Shown here: in pieces, positions 12,814-25,059 of the stretch
Layout: each line of letters opens with the position of its first letter
Position numbering within the stretch: position 1 is the stretch's first letter
From: Lama guanicoe
Taxonomy: Eukaryota
DNA: 64,000 nucleotides
Assembly (NCBI GenBank): GCA_013239625.1
Contig: MU056000.1
Location: 14,722,851 to 14,786,850 of the forward strand
Direction of reading: 5' to 3'
The notes under the pieces: generated by a model
Told to the model about the DNA's origin: nothing
Databases searched by the model: none
What the model saw: only the letters and a program-made list of their open reading frames with translations
Translations under genes and position numbers: made by a program

Positions 12814-14560
12814 GGCAGAGAGGCTGGTTTAACCTAGTAACTGGAGAACTTGTTAGGTTTCCGAGGAAGACTAGTTAACAATGTTTTAATCTCTTCAGTG
12901 CTAAGAGAGTCTGAGGTTAGGCTGTCTTCACAGATTCCAAGTGAAAAATAAATGCATGATGCTAGATGAAAAGATTGAAAGGAAAGTTGTCTTTAACACT
13001 GGTCATCATAAATGTGTGTTAGCGTGATATATATCACAGCAAAATTATTTTTGCATATTTTAATACAATTTGTAAAGGCTCATTGACCAAAATATTTTAA
13101 CTGGATGCTGCAATTAAAATAATTTACAGGCTTTGCTTGATTTAAGGCTACACTAATGCAAGGTCATTAATTCTTATAATTATGCTCAATGCCATTTTTT
13201 ACTGCAAAAGAGAATATATATAGCACAAGACTATGCAGTTATTCTTTAAATTACTATTAAGAACATTTCACCAAGGAGAGGCTGATGTTTTATATTACTT
13301 AAATAATGAACAGGGTAACATAATTTGCAACATGAAATAAGTCAAAAAGTTGTAAATTTAAAATGTTTGAGCTTTTAATTTTGTTGTCTGCTTCCTTTTC
13401 TATATGTGATGCTACAAGTAGGTACTGACGGAGAATTTACACGTGATAACATTGTTAAAATTAAGAACACTGAAAAAAGCTAAAATCTAGATCTAAAACT
13501 GATATCCTATACATTTGGAGAAAAAAATTTCATTTAATTCTCTTAATTTATCTAATACCTAAGAATGATGGTACTGCAGGCATAAAAATGCTTCATTCTA
13601 ACACTCTGAGAATTATTTGGTAAGTTTTGAAAGGAATTCCACATCACTCAGAAAGACTTCCAAGAAGGCAAGATATACAAATCCTTTGGGAAATGCTTTT
13701 CTCATAATACAGAAATTGCCTGGAAAGCAACATTTGTAACAGATGCGGAAGGTGCTAACAATATGAGGAATGCCTGTGCACACGCTGTCCTGCCTAATAA
13801 CTGAGGACACTCTCCTTTGAAGCCTCCTTCTAATCATTCTCTTACCTACTACAGGCAGAATTTTCTTTATAAATTAGGTTTTCTTTATAAATCTACTGTC
13901 CAAGGCTGTGTCCTTATCAATACGATGATTAGTTTTACATGTAGCTGAACTTCGTGTAGATGGGATCATAATACATTTTATACATGTATTTTCAACAAAA
14001 AGTAGGACAAAAGCACGGGGGGATTAGGTAAAATATTTAGAAAAGAAGTTGTGATCCCTTAGGGAAGCTTTGTGCACTGGGGTTCTGCCTGCCAAGGGGC
14101 AGTGAGGTTAACTCCTCACAGCTCCACCTTCCTGTCTCCGAGGGGTTTGTGCTAATCAGTCAGAGTTCAGCTCTCTCTCTGCTTCGTCTACGTGTGATTT
14201 CCTTACAACTGACTTACTGAGGGAAATACTGCTTCTTTATAAGAGGCAATAAAGTAAATTAGGTTACTGCCTGCTTGTTAGGGTGGTGCGTCGCTACCAT
14301 GCTTTAAAGATAATTATGCATGATTCAATCTTGAGATTTAGTTTCAAGCTTAGAGCTTTAAAATGCAAACACATTTTCTACTTCACCAAACGGGGGAAGG
14401 GGAAAGATCACCTCAATGTCATCATCTATATTATCTATAAACATACTAAATTTTTCATTCATTTACTCTCTATATTTCTACATGCACAGCCTTGGCCAGT
14501 TACTTAGATTATATTGATAAAAATTCATATGCCTTGTCCTCAAGTACTTCACAATAGAGA

Positions 14561-14910
14561 GCAGAAGTTGGCAAAGTATGGCTTCTGGGCCAAATCCGTC
14601 CCACTGTGTTTTTGTGAATAATACTTGATTGAAACACATCCATGCTCATTCAGTAACACATTATCCATGACTGTTTTTGTCCCACAATGACAGGTAGTTG
14701 TGACAGAGATCCTTCGGCCTGAAAAGCCGAAAATATTCACTAACTGGCCCTTTACAGATTCTTTTTTTTAGGGGGGGCAGGTAATTAAGTTTATTTATTT
14801 TTTAATGGAGGTACTGGGGATTGAACCTAGGACCTCATGCATGCTAAACATGCACTCTACTACTGAGCTATACCCTCCCCTCAACTGGCCCAGAGGAAAA
14901 TGTTTTCTTA
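14561..14910. mobile_element. MER58A-like hAT MITE, interrupted by a SINE
   Basis: 'ttggcaaagtatggcttctgggccaaatcc..gtagttgtgacagaga..aagccgaaaatattcactaactggccctttacaga'. Confidence 0.88.
14759..14880 (-). mobile_element. Camelid tRNA-derived SINE (Vic-1 type)
   Basis: Minus strand reads ggggagggtatagctcagtagtagagtgcatgtttagcatgcatgaggtcctaggttcaatccccagtacctccattaaaaaataaataaacttaattacctgccccccc, then an A tail. Pol III A box (tagctcagtag) and B box (ggttcaatccc) present. Flanking repeat aactggccc at 14742-14750 and 14883-14891. Confidence 0.9.
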
Positions 14911-14999
14911 TCTTACAGAGGAAAAGAACTAATTAAAAAGACAATAAAAATTCAATCTGTCTAATGTAGGTATCTGTATTTGTTAGCAGTCTAACTTTC

Positions 15000-15099
15000 C
15001 CACAGCAACTATTATGATTTCTTAAATTATCTCCCAATAAACTACTTGTACTTGAATGCTTTTCTCAGCGTTGATTTGGGGGAAACCCAAGCAAAGATA
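15000..15099 (+). mobile_element. ERVL LTR 3' end (LTR16/ERV3-16A3 type)
   Basis: 'ctcccaataaactacttgtacttgaat..ctcagcgttgatttgggggaaacccaagcaaagata', directly followed by ERVL internal sequence. Confidence 0.75.
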
Positions 15100-15749
15100 G
15101 CTGATATTGGAGGTGAATTCCTAGCAAACATCCTTACCTTGTGATTCTGGTACTAGGTCACCCTCTGGCCATTGCTGGTGAGAAGTTGGGGAGCAAGTAC
15201 TCTGAGCCCAGTGAGCATCTGAAGTGCTCAGAGCCTAACGTGTTGTGGATTCAGATGGAATTAAGGTAGAAAGGTTCATACTTGGCTGTACAATCACTCG
15301 AGTGTTTGAGAAATATTGGAAAATGGCAATCATACAGAGTGATGGGGTCACTGGAAGATCTTAACTGAAATCCAAGCCCTAAAAGACAAAAAAAAAAAAA
15401 AGTAGGTCAACTATCAAGTCAGAGAATGCTGATGACTTATTTAAAGAGCTTTCCCCTGACAAATTAGTCACTTATGACAGTGGATTAATTTTCAGCCCTG
15501 GGGATCATTTTATGCTAAAATGTTCACTGTTACAGGGAAAAGGTGAGCTCCTGAGACCTGAGGCTGGAACAACTGGTAAGATGCTCTTAGAAATTTGAAC
15601 CCACAGATAATGTTTGACCCTCCGGGCAACAGAAGTGATCCCTGCCACTTCCTATAGAACAGAGGCTTTCCACTATCTGGAAAAGATGCAAAGATCTCAT
15701 CTGAAGTAGATGCATTACTCAAGGATGTTTGCCTTCCTCAGTATTAGTC

Positions 15750-15920
15750 TTGTGGTTCTCTAACTGTAACATGCATACAAATCATCTGGTCAGAGCGTTA
15801 AAATTAAATGTCTCAGGCCCCATCCCTAGAAATTCTGATTTGATACGTCACAATGAGTTATAAATGTGTATTTTCAAAAGCTTACAGATGATGACACTGC
15901 AATTCAAGGAAAACACTCTA
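15750..15920. mobile_element. MER5-type hAT MITE
   Basis: 'gtggttctctaact..aatcatctgg..gttaaaatt..caggccccatccctagaaattctgattt..tgtgtattttcaaaagct'. Confidence 0.8.
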
Positions 15921-16000
15921 CATTATATTATCCTACACCAAAACAAGTCTCTACTTGGCTCCGTAAGTATTGACGTCGCTGTAGGAAGAAAGTATACAAG

Positions 16001-16399
16001 TGAATAAATAGAAACATCAATCAACATAGAGTCAGGAGACCAAAACTGGGAGCTCTCATACCCTATAATGATAACAGAGCCCAACAAGAAGAAAAATAAT
16101 TCCTTTGCTGCCGGCAAGAGCTCAACCAATGAGAGACTTCACAGTTCTGTCAATGGAAAAGCAACTGAATTTCAAACTCTCAGTTCCTCCAGTGGACTGT
16201 TTCTTTGCTATAGCCCTCCCAACTTCCTTTTCCCTTGCAAATGAGTCCTCTCAGAGTCCTCCTCTCCTTGGTACACAGGACTTGCAAGTGGCTTGCCATG
16301 GTTACAGACCCTGTATTGCAATTCTTTGTTGATCCTGAATAAACACATTTTTTTTTTTGCCAGAAAAATAACTGATAGGCTATTTGTTTTAGGTCAATA
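16001..16399 (+). mobile_element. Solo ERV1-type LTR, copy 1
   Basis: TG start, CCAAT (caaccaatgag), AATAAA (~16338), end 'ttgttttaggtcaata'. Collinear with 25060-25442. Confidence 0.85.
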
Positions 16400-16644
16400 A
16401 AAGGAATTATTTACCAAAGGAGTTGCAGAATCTGGATATATCCCTATAGGCACCAGGAGCACGTCTGCAAATGGATCATGAGTATCCTGGATGCATGAAG
16501 TGAAAAAGAAATTTTCTGCTGATGAGGAGAGAGTTTATTGACGTTAGGGAAACTCTCTCATGATTCAGGATTCCACATGTTCTTAAGGAGCTGATTCTAC
16601 AGTACTGAGGTTGACCGAGACTGTGTTAACATGTCCTTCATATT

Positions 16645-16829
16645 TGTTTTTATTTTTTTGTAAACCATTTTATTCAGGTATGATTGCCTTACAAAAAGTT
16701 GTACATATTTAATGAATACAACTTGACAAGTTCGGAGATAATTTTATTTCCATGAAAATGTCACCATAATTTATACCATAAATATAACTCTCACTTCCAA
16801 AAGTTTCCTCGTGCCCTCTTTATTATTAA

Positions 16830-16864
<35 letters not shown>

Positions 16865-16888
16865 TATTTATGTGGTGATAAGACATTT
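16645..16888 (-). mobile_element. L1MA9/10-like 3' end with an internal (TTA)n microsatellite
   Basis: Poly-T then 'ttttattcaggtatgattg..gtacatatttaatgaatacaacttgac..tcacttccaaaagtttcctcgtgccc'. Confidence 0.85.
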
Positions 16889-17437
16889 AGATGTAGAGAA
16901 AGTGTTTGACAAAATTCAACATCTTTCATAATAAAAACTCTCAATAAATTAGGTGTAGAAGGAACTTAACCTCAATCCAATAAAGGTCATATTTGAAAAG
17001 CTCACAATTATAATCTTATTCAATAATGAAGAAAATGAAAGATTTTTCTCTAAAATCTGGAAAAAAACCCAGGATGCTCAATCTCACCACCACTTCTTTT
17101 CAACATTGTATGGAAGTCCTAGCTGGAACAATTAGTCAAAAATAAAAAAAAAAAACAAACAAACAGAGAGAGAGAAAGAAAGGTATCCAAATTGAAAAAG
17201 AAGTAAAATTATCTGTTTGCAGATGCCATGATCTTGTATGTTGAAAATCTCCAAGACTCCTCCAACAAACAAAGACTGTTAGAACTAATGAACAACTTCA
17301 TTAAAGTTGCAGAACACAAAGTCAACATAAAAATCAATTGTGTTTCTATGCATAAACAATGAACTATTTAAAAAAGAGATTAAGAAAACAATTCTATTTA
17401 CAATAGCATCAAAAAGAATAAAATACTTAGAAATAAT
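16889..17437 (+). mobile_element. L1 ORF2 reverse transcriptase fragment, inverted relative to the adjacent 3' end
   Basis: 'agatgtagagaaagtgtttgacaaaattcaacat' (DxEKxFDKIQH), 'ctgtttgcagatgccatgatcttgtatgttgaaaat' (LFADAMILYVEN; canonical LFADDMI), and FTIASKRIKYL in ORF 17340. Confidence 0.92.
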
Positions 17438-17649
17438 AACCCCTCATCTTGGCTCAGTATTAGATGGGATTCTCCCTACTAATAGGTCCCTGACCTCCCT
17501 TTTCTTAGAGCATTTCCTGGTTGAAAACTCATTCTGTGACCCTTTGAGATGTAAATCTTTTTAAAAGCTTCTAATTGAGGACTGCCTTTTTCAAGGACCT
17601 GGGAGCCATCTCTTTGCCATGTAATCATCAAGGATGATAATGCTCCTTT

Positions 17650-17771
17650 CTTTTTATTTAATTTTTACGGTTTACTCTCTTAGCAACATTTAAATATGCA
17701 GATGTGCTATTAACAGTAGTCTCCCTGCTGTTCAATAGATCGTAGTTATTTTAATGTTTGTACTTGTACAG
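17650..17771 (-). mobile_element. Short L1 3' fragment with TSD
   Basis: T-rich start, then 'tttactctcttagcaacatttaaatatgca..ctattaacagtagtc'. TSD aatgc(t/c)ccttt at 17639-17649 and 17772-17782. Confidence 0.75.
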
Positions 17772-18553
17772 AATGCCCCTTTTCCCTAGACACTATGGGA
17801 GGGTAGAAACCTAACTTCCTGCAGTGGGCACCTTACTTCAAGACATGAAACTACCTCCTGTCATTAAGATACAAGGGGATCCTTTGCAATTAGCAAACAC
17901 AAGCGGCCTAAGATTCCCCACCTTACTTCCTCATCTTAAAATCTCTCCCTCCCTTTGTTTCAGTGGAGTTGAGTTCAGACTGAATTCTCCACTCTGTCCT
18001 CTATTGCATAGCCTTGAGTAAAGTCTTCTATATCTGTTTAACTTCTTTCCAGTGCAATTTTGTTTTTAGCAAAGCCTGGAAAAATCAGTGGTTAAACAGT
18101 AAATTAAGTGGAGATGCCAGAACAACCTTGGCTGAGTACTGAGGATGGGTTCAGGAGGTCCACCAACCTCGAGATACTAAAATGGATTAATTATGTAAGA
18201 ATAGAGAATCTACTAGTTATGCCCCAGAAAGCTGAGAGAATGTTCTGGTCACTAAAGTAATAAGAAACATGTTATGACACTACTACCAAGATTCCATGAA
18301 ATGCAGGAGGCGCGAAACCCAAGAAAACGTTGCTGTTTTTAAAGGAAGAGGAAATCGATATTGGTTGTAAAACAACACTGACGTCCATCACAACCAATCC
18401 TAATTTACCTCATCTTGCATTTTGTGTATTCCTGTAGCTCTTATTCAAATATTTCACAATGAAAGAAATTACTAATAAATATAGACATAAAGTTAATTTT
18501 ATTTCTTTATATTTATATTACACTTATTTCTAAACAAGATTCTAGCTCAACAC

Positions 18554-19031
18554 TGTTGACTGAAATAAACACACAGCCTAAAAGATGACAGTTACGTTTT
18601 ATTTGGCGGGAGGACCCCAGTCGGGATGACAGCCTCTCAGATCGCTCTGAGGGACGGCTCCGGAGAGGTAGGGGAGGGGCTAGGATACCTAGGAGCTTTA
18701 CAACAAAGACCAGGTAGTTGGAACATTAAAAGATTACTTGTTAACTAAAGAAAACCAGGCATCTCAAGTCAAAGAATTTAGTACTTTTCTATGTATGGGA
18801 GGAAGCAAACATTTGGGCTCATTGAATTCATTTCTTTGACAAGCACCTAGCTCTCTAGGGCCAGTGTCCTGTCCTTTCTTATTCTGAGTCCCCTCAGGGT
18901 GCAGCATTTTGAGTGGCTGCAGAGGCCGGGCTGCAGGCTTGTCTTTACTGGGGGAGGCGGCAGCCGCTGACGACTTGATGGCTTCAGCATTCTTTGTTTA
19001 CTGATATGGTTTGCAGTATTTTTCGTTCACA
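18554..19031 (-). mobile_element. Young solo ERV1-type LTR with 4-bp TSD
   Basis: TG...CA termini (tgttga...ttcaca). TSD acac at 18550-18553 and 19032-19035. AATAAA on the minus strand near 18600. Many retained CpGs. Confidence 0.9.
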
Positions 19032-19260
19032 ACACAAATTTTTAAGAATTTGATAAAAACATAATGATGATTACATTGTTAAAGATTAGGGGGAAATTAG
19101 GATACATGAAAAGAAAAAGACAACTATGCTAGAGATAAGGGTCTTCAATAATAAAATTTAAAATTAGCCGATAGCATCTTTACAGCCAGCGAGAGACTAT
19201 AATGGGTCATGTTGCTCTTGTCATGCAAAATAGAAAGTACATTATTTTTTTGTGGGTGAG

Positions 19261-19800
19261 TATATTAGTTTGCTATTGCTGTTGTAGCAAATTGCCACCA
19301 ACTTAGTTGTTTAAAACACAAATATGTTAACTCACAGCTCGGTAGTCAGAAATCCTAGTGGACTGACTGTTTGCAGGTTTCACAAGGCCAGTTAAGATCT
19401 TGGCTGGCTTGGGCTCAAAAACAAATTTGCTTCCAAGATCATTCAGGTTGTTTGCAGAATTCTTGCAGCTTTTTCTGGCTGAGATCTTGCTGTTTATTAT
19501 CCAGGGAACTCTCAGTTTCTTACAACCACCTGCATTCCTGGCTGTTTCAAACCAATGGGATGTTTTGTCCTTTTCATGCTTTAAGTCTCTTTAACTTCTC
19601 ATCTGCCAAATTTCTTTTGCTCCAGCTGAATGTTGTTCTCTGGTTTTAAGAATCTCTGTGATTAGACTGGGCCTAAACATTTATTCCAGGTTAATTTTAT
19701 AAGATCCTCGACCTACATTAGATTGCAAAGTTCCTCTTTTCAAGTAATACAATGCATTCATGGTTCCTGGCATTAGGGAGGGGCCATTCTGTCTACAACA
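19261..19800 (-). mobile_element. MaLR LTR (MLT1D/E-like)
   Basis: 'tatattagtttgctattgctgttgtagcaaattgccaccaacttagttgtttaaaaca..gtgattagactgggcc..gggccattctgtctacaaca'. Confidence 0.88.
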
Positions 19801-22800
19801 AGGAGGAACTTTATCAAAACAGAGGAAAAAATCCTTTTCAAATGTGATTTCAGCGGGGTCACAGTGATGCAAGAAATACTGTCCTTAGTATTCCTTATAT
19901 TATTCATGCAAAACCCATTTCCTTTGGCAAGTGTGACTCTCCAAACAATCTGATTTCATTACACTAAAATATTTGGTCACTGCAAGGGGAATGTAGAACC
20001 TTTTAGAAGTAACAAGTCTCAAGACATAGATGTATGGTACACATAGTTTTTTAGCAAATGATCTTCAAATTCTATTCTCTCCAACCAACTTTTTTTGTAG
20101 GTACATTTCCTTAAGTCTCTAACAAGTGCCTGGAATTGTGGCAGTTCTATATTATACATTGATAGATTTGTCCACTTTGCAAATTAGGTAAATCAGCTTG
20201 AATATCAATTATTTCCTGTCTTCCTTTGTCAACAGAATTATGTATGTAGCACCCCTCAAATATCAGGTGAACTGAAAATGTTTTCTATATTTAAATTGGT
20301 TGCAGTAATTCATGTACATGAAGTGCTTGAAAATCAGCTAATATTTTCCTTGAAAGGATGAAGATGCCTCATTTTCACTCTTTCTAAATGTACTTTAGTT
20401 GCTGAGAGAATTTAGTATGCTCTGTGATATTTCTGGCCTTTTGGCAAAACAGGCATATCCTGAATGCAATGATAATCTCTACCCAGCAGGTATTTCTAAG
20501 TGACTACGAACAAAATTAACTGTGTGCAAATGTTCATATAATTACGGTTTGACATGATGTGAGATAAGACACTTTATTTTCCTTAGTATCATAGGCAGAT
20601 TGCAGGTTAATTTACTGATTCCAGGGACATAAACAACTAATTTTCATGCACAAAACCCAACTAAATAGATGTTTCATACCGTATCTTTACACGTTTTGAA
20701 AGGAAACCTTCATTTTTGCATTATTATTTTCTTTCATGTACTAACAATAGGTTTTGAAATGTTTCTTCTTCTTTTTAAATCTATAGTATAATTCATATTG
20801 TCTTAGTCTAGTTATTTTAAAAATAATAAGCAATCACTTCTCATAAAAGCATTGTGTTGAATTAATACATATTATATATATTATATTTTCAGTATTTTCT
20901 GATACCCAAATCTCATGACTCGTAGAATAAACTTGAAAGTAAAAGCTGTTGATTAATATGATTCATTATATCTATTTGCAAACTTGTAAACTGCAAAGTC
21001 TCTCAAATACTCATCAGCTCCAAGAATGAATAGAGAATATTAAGCTCCTGTAACTCTATGTCCCAACCACCACACAAGCTGCCATCTGTTACTCATAATT
21101 AGACAATTCTAGCATAGGGTCTCTACAAACTAGATGCTTGTGTTTTATAGAATAAATGGTGGGAAAAGCCCAGAAATGGTAATTCAAATATGTTAGAGTC
21201 TCATCTCAGCCACTGACAAATGGCCTTAATTTTTCCTTTTCTCACTGCAAATAATGAAAGTATCCTACTGAGAGCTGGGTCAATGCTGCCTCTGCTCATA
21301 TATTGCTTTGGTGTATACGGAGCAACTGCAATGGGACAACATTATTTGCAGATATAGTTTCATATTTTTAATGTGTTCATTTCTTATTCATGTGTGCTAA
21401 GTCACATTTGCACTGAAACGTAGGTCTTTAGTTTTATGAAAAATATGGACAAGTAGAAGCAGGGTATATATCACAATCATTTTTAAATATAAATAGTATT
21501 TATGTTAGTGTTTACTTGCTCAGTATTTATTTCTCATTTTGGATTTGGAAAAAATAACAAGGAGGCATGAGTAAGGTTAACATTTGGAGTGAGAATTTTA
21601 ATAAACAGAAATATATTTAGGAATGTAGAAGCCGAAATTTGGCCTTAAAGTGAAAGATCTTACTTGAATTACCTGATTTCAACATAAGGAAGGCATGCTG
21701 ATCACGGCTGTCATTTATGTGATCGCCTCTGTAAAGGTCCCAGCTTCACGTCCACAAGTGTCACTTAGTTCAGTCTGGGACATATGCCTCCATTAACAAT
21801 TCAAGAAGGGAGATGATAAACGCTTTGGATTTAATAAATCGATAAACTGAGTCGCACTTCACAGTAAATTGCATGTAATTAGTTGAAATACATAATGTAT
21901 ATGCATAAATATATATACAATATACCTTCATAACTAAATGATATACGCACACCTGTATTATTACAGAATAATATGGAGCCACATTCCAATTCTTTTTCAC
22001 TAACACATTTGGGGACCTCTTTGGCCATGCAAAAAATAAATCTATAAATTCTCCCTATCATCTTTTACTCATTATTCTCAGTTGTACTCTCACCCTCGCT
22101 CAGAAATTGTGCTGATATTGTAGATTATTATATGATTGATAAAATCCTTATCTCAAAGCTTTTTTTTTAATTGTGCAGTTTTCATACCACCTGCAAAGTC
22201 TAGAATGTTCATTCTACAAAGCATAAAGGATTCATGTCTATTTATCTTAATCTAGCACTTTCTGTCTCTCGTACTGAATAAACTTATAAAAATGCAGGAT
22301 TTTGAAGATTTGATTCTCTTCAAATATGAATCCATTCTTCTAAAGACTGCTGAAATCACATTTTTCTTTAGACTTTTTTTTTCCTGATGGGTATGGAATA
22401 TAAATCTGATTTTAAATGGAAAAAATAACTTTAGGTTAAGTATTACCTGAAAGAAGTCCTTAAATTTATGGTTTCTAGGCTTAAATCCCATTGAGAGGTC
22501 TCTGGTGTTTCTATATTTAACTCTTCCTGAGCCGCACAGAGCATTAGGACAGGTATCCCTCTAGTATATTGGCAGTGTTGTGTTGGGGGAGGGAGAGAAG
22601 ACCTTACTTATTTTCCTTTTAATTAATTTTCCCAAAACCTCTAATTTAAGAAAGACTTTCAATGGAAGTGATCTCATCCTCAAATCAGTATTTACTAACT
22701 AATGTATGTGCGTAGTTCTATTCAATTCAATTCAGCAAAACAAATTATTGTAAGTGCCTTGCCAGGCGGTAGATAATTGGAAGAAAACATAGGGGAAATA

Positions 22801-23418
22801 AGCTGTATCTGTTAGTCTTAGAAAGCCCATTTATAGTTGAGAGGTAGAAATGTAGCCACATAAATATGATACATAGGTCACATTATGGTAGTATCTGCAA
22901 AGTGCTACAGTAATGGATGAGGAAGCTTTACATTTTAGCTGAGGATATATTCGTATTAGTTTTTGAACAATGACCAGGAAGTTTCTAGCTGTATATGCTC
23001 ACGGTAATGCAGGCAGTAGAAAGTGTACTGTCCGACTGCTTTACAAATGCACAGATTCTTGTGATCTGGTGATGTGCGTGTAAGAGGAATGAGAGAACTC
23101 ATCTGACTCCAGACTCAGACCTGCTTGTACACCTGAACAAAGAGTTTTTAAGGAGAGGCATAATAATGTGATTAGAAAGACTTAAGGATCTTGAATGAGC
23201 AGATGAGTAGTTTGGGGTAGAAGGATATGGTTAACAGTTCAGCATAGGGATAATGAACACTTGAACTGGAAGAGAAATGTTGAGGGAAAAAATGAGTGTA
23301 TGTATGTGTGTACATATATGCACCGACATACTGACTTCCTTGTTTTATAAGGTTTAAAAGTTCTTTTGATGGTGGGGCACAACACACTGATCTCTCATAG
23401 ATGAAAAGCTGAACTCTA

Positions 23419-23785
23419 TGTTACAGCTCAGGATAGATGGCTGCTACACAAGAGATGGTGCCTGGGGACAGGGTAACGGCAAAATGGAGCAACAGAGGGA
23501 CAACTTACGTATGGCAAGTGGAGTGGGGTTGACCTGGGCTCCCCATGGGTTGCCTAGTTTGAATAATGTTGTGGGCTCCAGGGCATAGGTGCTATACCCT
23601 GTTGTTTGGTGCCTGGCCCTGAGGAGATAAAAGCAGGTGCCTAGTGGCTCAGAGTGTGAGCTGGTATAAGAGAAGTTGTTGGGGTGTGGAATTAATAGGC
23701 TGCTCAAGAAAGACCAGCCTCTAGTCAGCCCCTCCAAACTGGGTCAAGACAGCATTAAAAAAAAAGACAAACCCTGTATTATACG
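23419..23785 (-). mobile_element. ERVL LTR, MER74-like
   Basis: 'gttgcctagtttgaataat..gggctccagggcatagg..cctggccctg..cctctagtcagcccctccaaactgggtcaagacagcatt'. Confidence 0.75.
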
Positions 23786-23959
23786 CCTCAAAAATATTTT
23801 CCATCTCATCTACATCTTTCTTCTCTATGTCCAATTATCTACAGTTATCTGCATCCCAAAACAGTGTTTTACAAACAGTATTTCTAAAATTCTGGTATTA
23901 AGACAGTTAAACTCTGTTTTACTTAAATTTACATACACTGTACCCACTAAATCATATTT

Positions 23960-24880
23960 AAATAATTTTATATTCATGGAAAATGCATGTTTATTATATA
24001 AAGTTTAGAAATGCACATTGGCATGAAGAAGAGATAGAAATCACTAATAATCAATACTAAAAATATCTATTAGAATTTTTCTCTGTATCTTTTGTTTTTT
24101 ATATTCAAATATAATTTATCTGTATGTACCATAATTCTGCATTTCTACTCAAAATGAGAAACTTACTATCATAATTTACTTTTCTCATGCATGTGATGAT
24201 ATATCACGAATACCTTTTCATATCTACCCACATTATTTCTCTGCATAATTTTATTGAGTGTTTAATATATGAATGGGTCATAATTTATAGAATCTCATTT
24301 TATAAATTCTCTTATAAGCATTGTTGAATATACTTTTTCACATAAATGCCTGAGTCTATCTTAAAATGGCTTCTTTTTGAAAATGAATTATTGATTCAAA
24401 GATTATGATCTATTTTAAAGTTTTTGGTAAGTATTACCGTATTTACATCCAGAATAGACTATTACATTTGTTACAAATTCTACAATTTACAGAATATTAT
24501 TTAATGTTTTCAGTTGAATACATGACAAATGTGACCATATTTGGTTATTTGGTTTATTGGCTACTAACTAGATTGAACATGTCTCATAATTTATTGTGTA
24601 GTTTTGTTTTTGTCTCAGGGTATTTTTTCCCCTAATGATTAATTAATTGCCCTCAATATCCAATTGAGCAATTCATTCTACTGCTTTGATACAGCACTTT
24701 ATTTATTTGTTAATCACATACATGTAGTTGAGCATTTCTGAACTTTCCAGTTCACATTGACTTGTCTTTTTATTCATGGTCCATAGCTCTGTATCTTACT
24801 ACTGTAATAATTAGAACTTTTTAATAGATTTTAATATCTAGGGTTTTAAGCCTTATCTCACCTTTCGTTCTTTATTTTGT
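23960..24880 (-). mobile_element. Ancient L1 (L1ME-type) fragments
   Basis: 'aatatatgaatgggtcataatttat', 'aatgaattattgattcaaag', 'gtagttgagcatttctgaactttccagttcacattgacttgtc'. Confidence 0.7.
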
Positions 24881-25059
24881 ACATTGCTGATTCCAAACAA
24901 ATATTAGCTCTGTCCTCTAGAAAGCAAAGCTTGAGATAAGGCAAATATGAAGATATTAGATCTCAGAGGTGCGAACTCCCTACTAGAGTAGAGATGGTGA
25001 TGAAAGAAGAAGCCATGAGGCATGGAAAGGTGTGAAGTAAGGAAACACTATGTGCTTCC

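Larger units (their letters stand above)
16606..18071 (+). mobile_element. ERV1 solo LTR (MER31/MER67-group-like), split by two L1 insertions
   Basis: TG start 'tgaggttgaccgaga'. Resumes ~17440 with 'ggtccctgacctcccttttcttagagcattt..cctttgagatgtaaatc..tcaaggacctgggagccatc'. Ends 'gtaaagtcttc..agtgcaattttgtttttagca'. Confidence 0.8.
15100..18275 (+). mobile_element. ERVL (ERV3-16A3-like) internal gag remnant in pieces (~15100-15745, 15920-16000, 16400-16605, 18072-18275)
   Basis: Decayed gag peptides near 18072-18200 (AWKNQW, VEMPEQPWLSTEDGFRR, ILKWINYVR) resemble ERVL gag 'VEMPELPW..LEWIYYVR'. Also 'taccaaaggagttgcag' and 'gagagtttattgac..actctctcatgattcaggatt'. Confidence 0.8.

Noticed and set aside
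14800..14880. Functional tRNA gene
   Set aside because: The tRNA-like head continues into a SINE body and tail with flanking repeats, inserted in MER58A.
22436..22460. Recursive splice site on the minus strand (ttctttcag|gtaata)
   Set aside because: Short pyrimidine tract and non-consensus donor. Such motifs are common by chance and no host gene is established.
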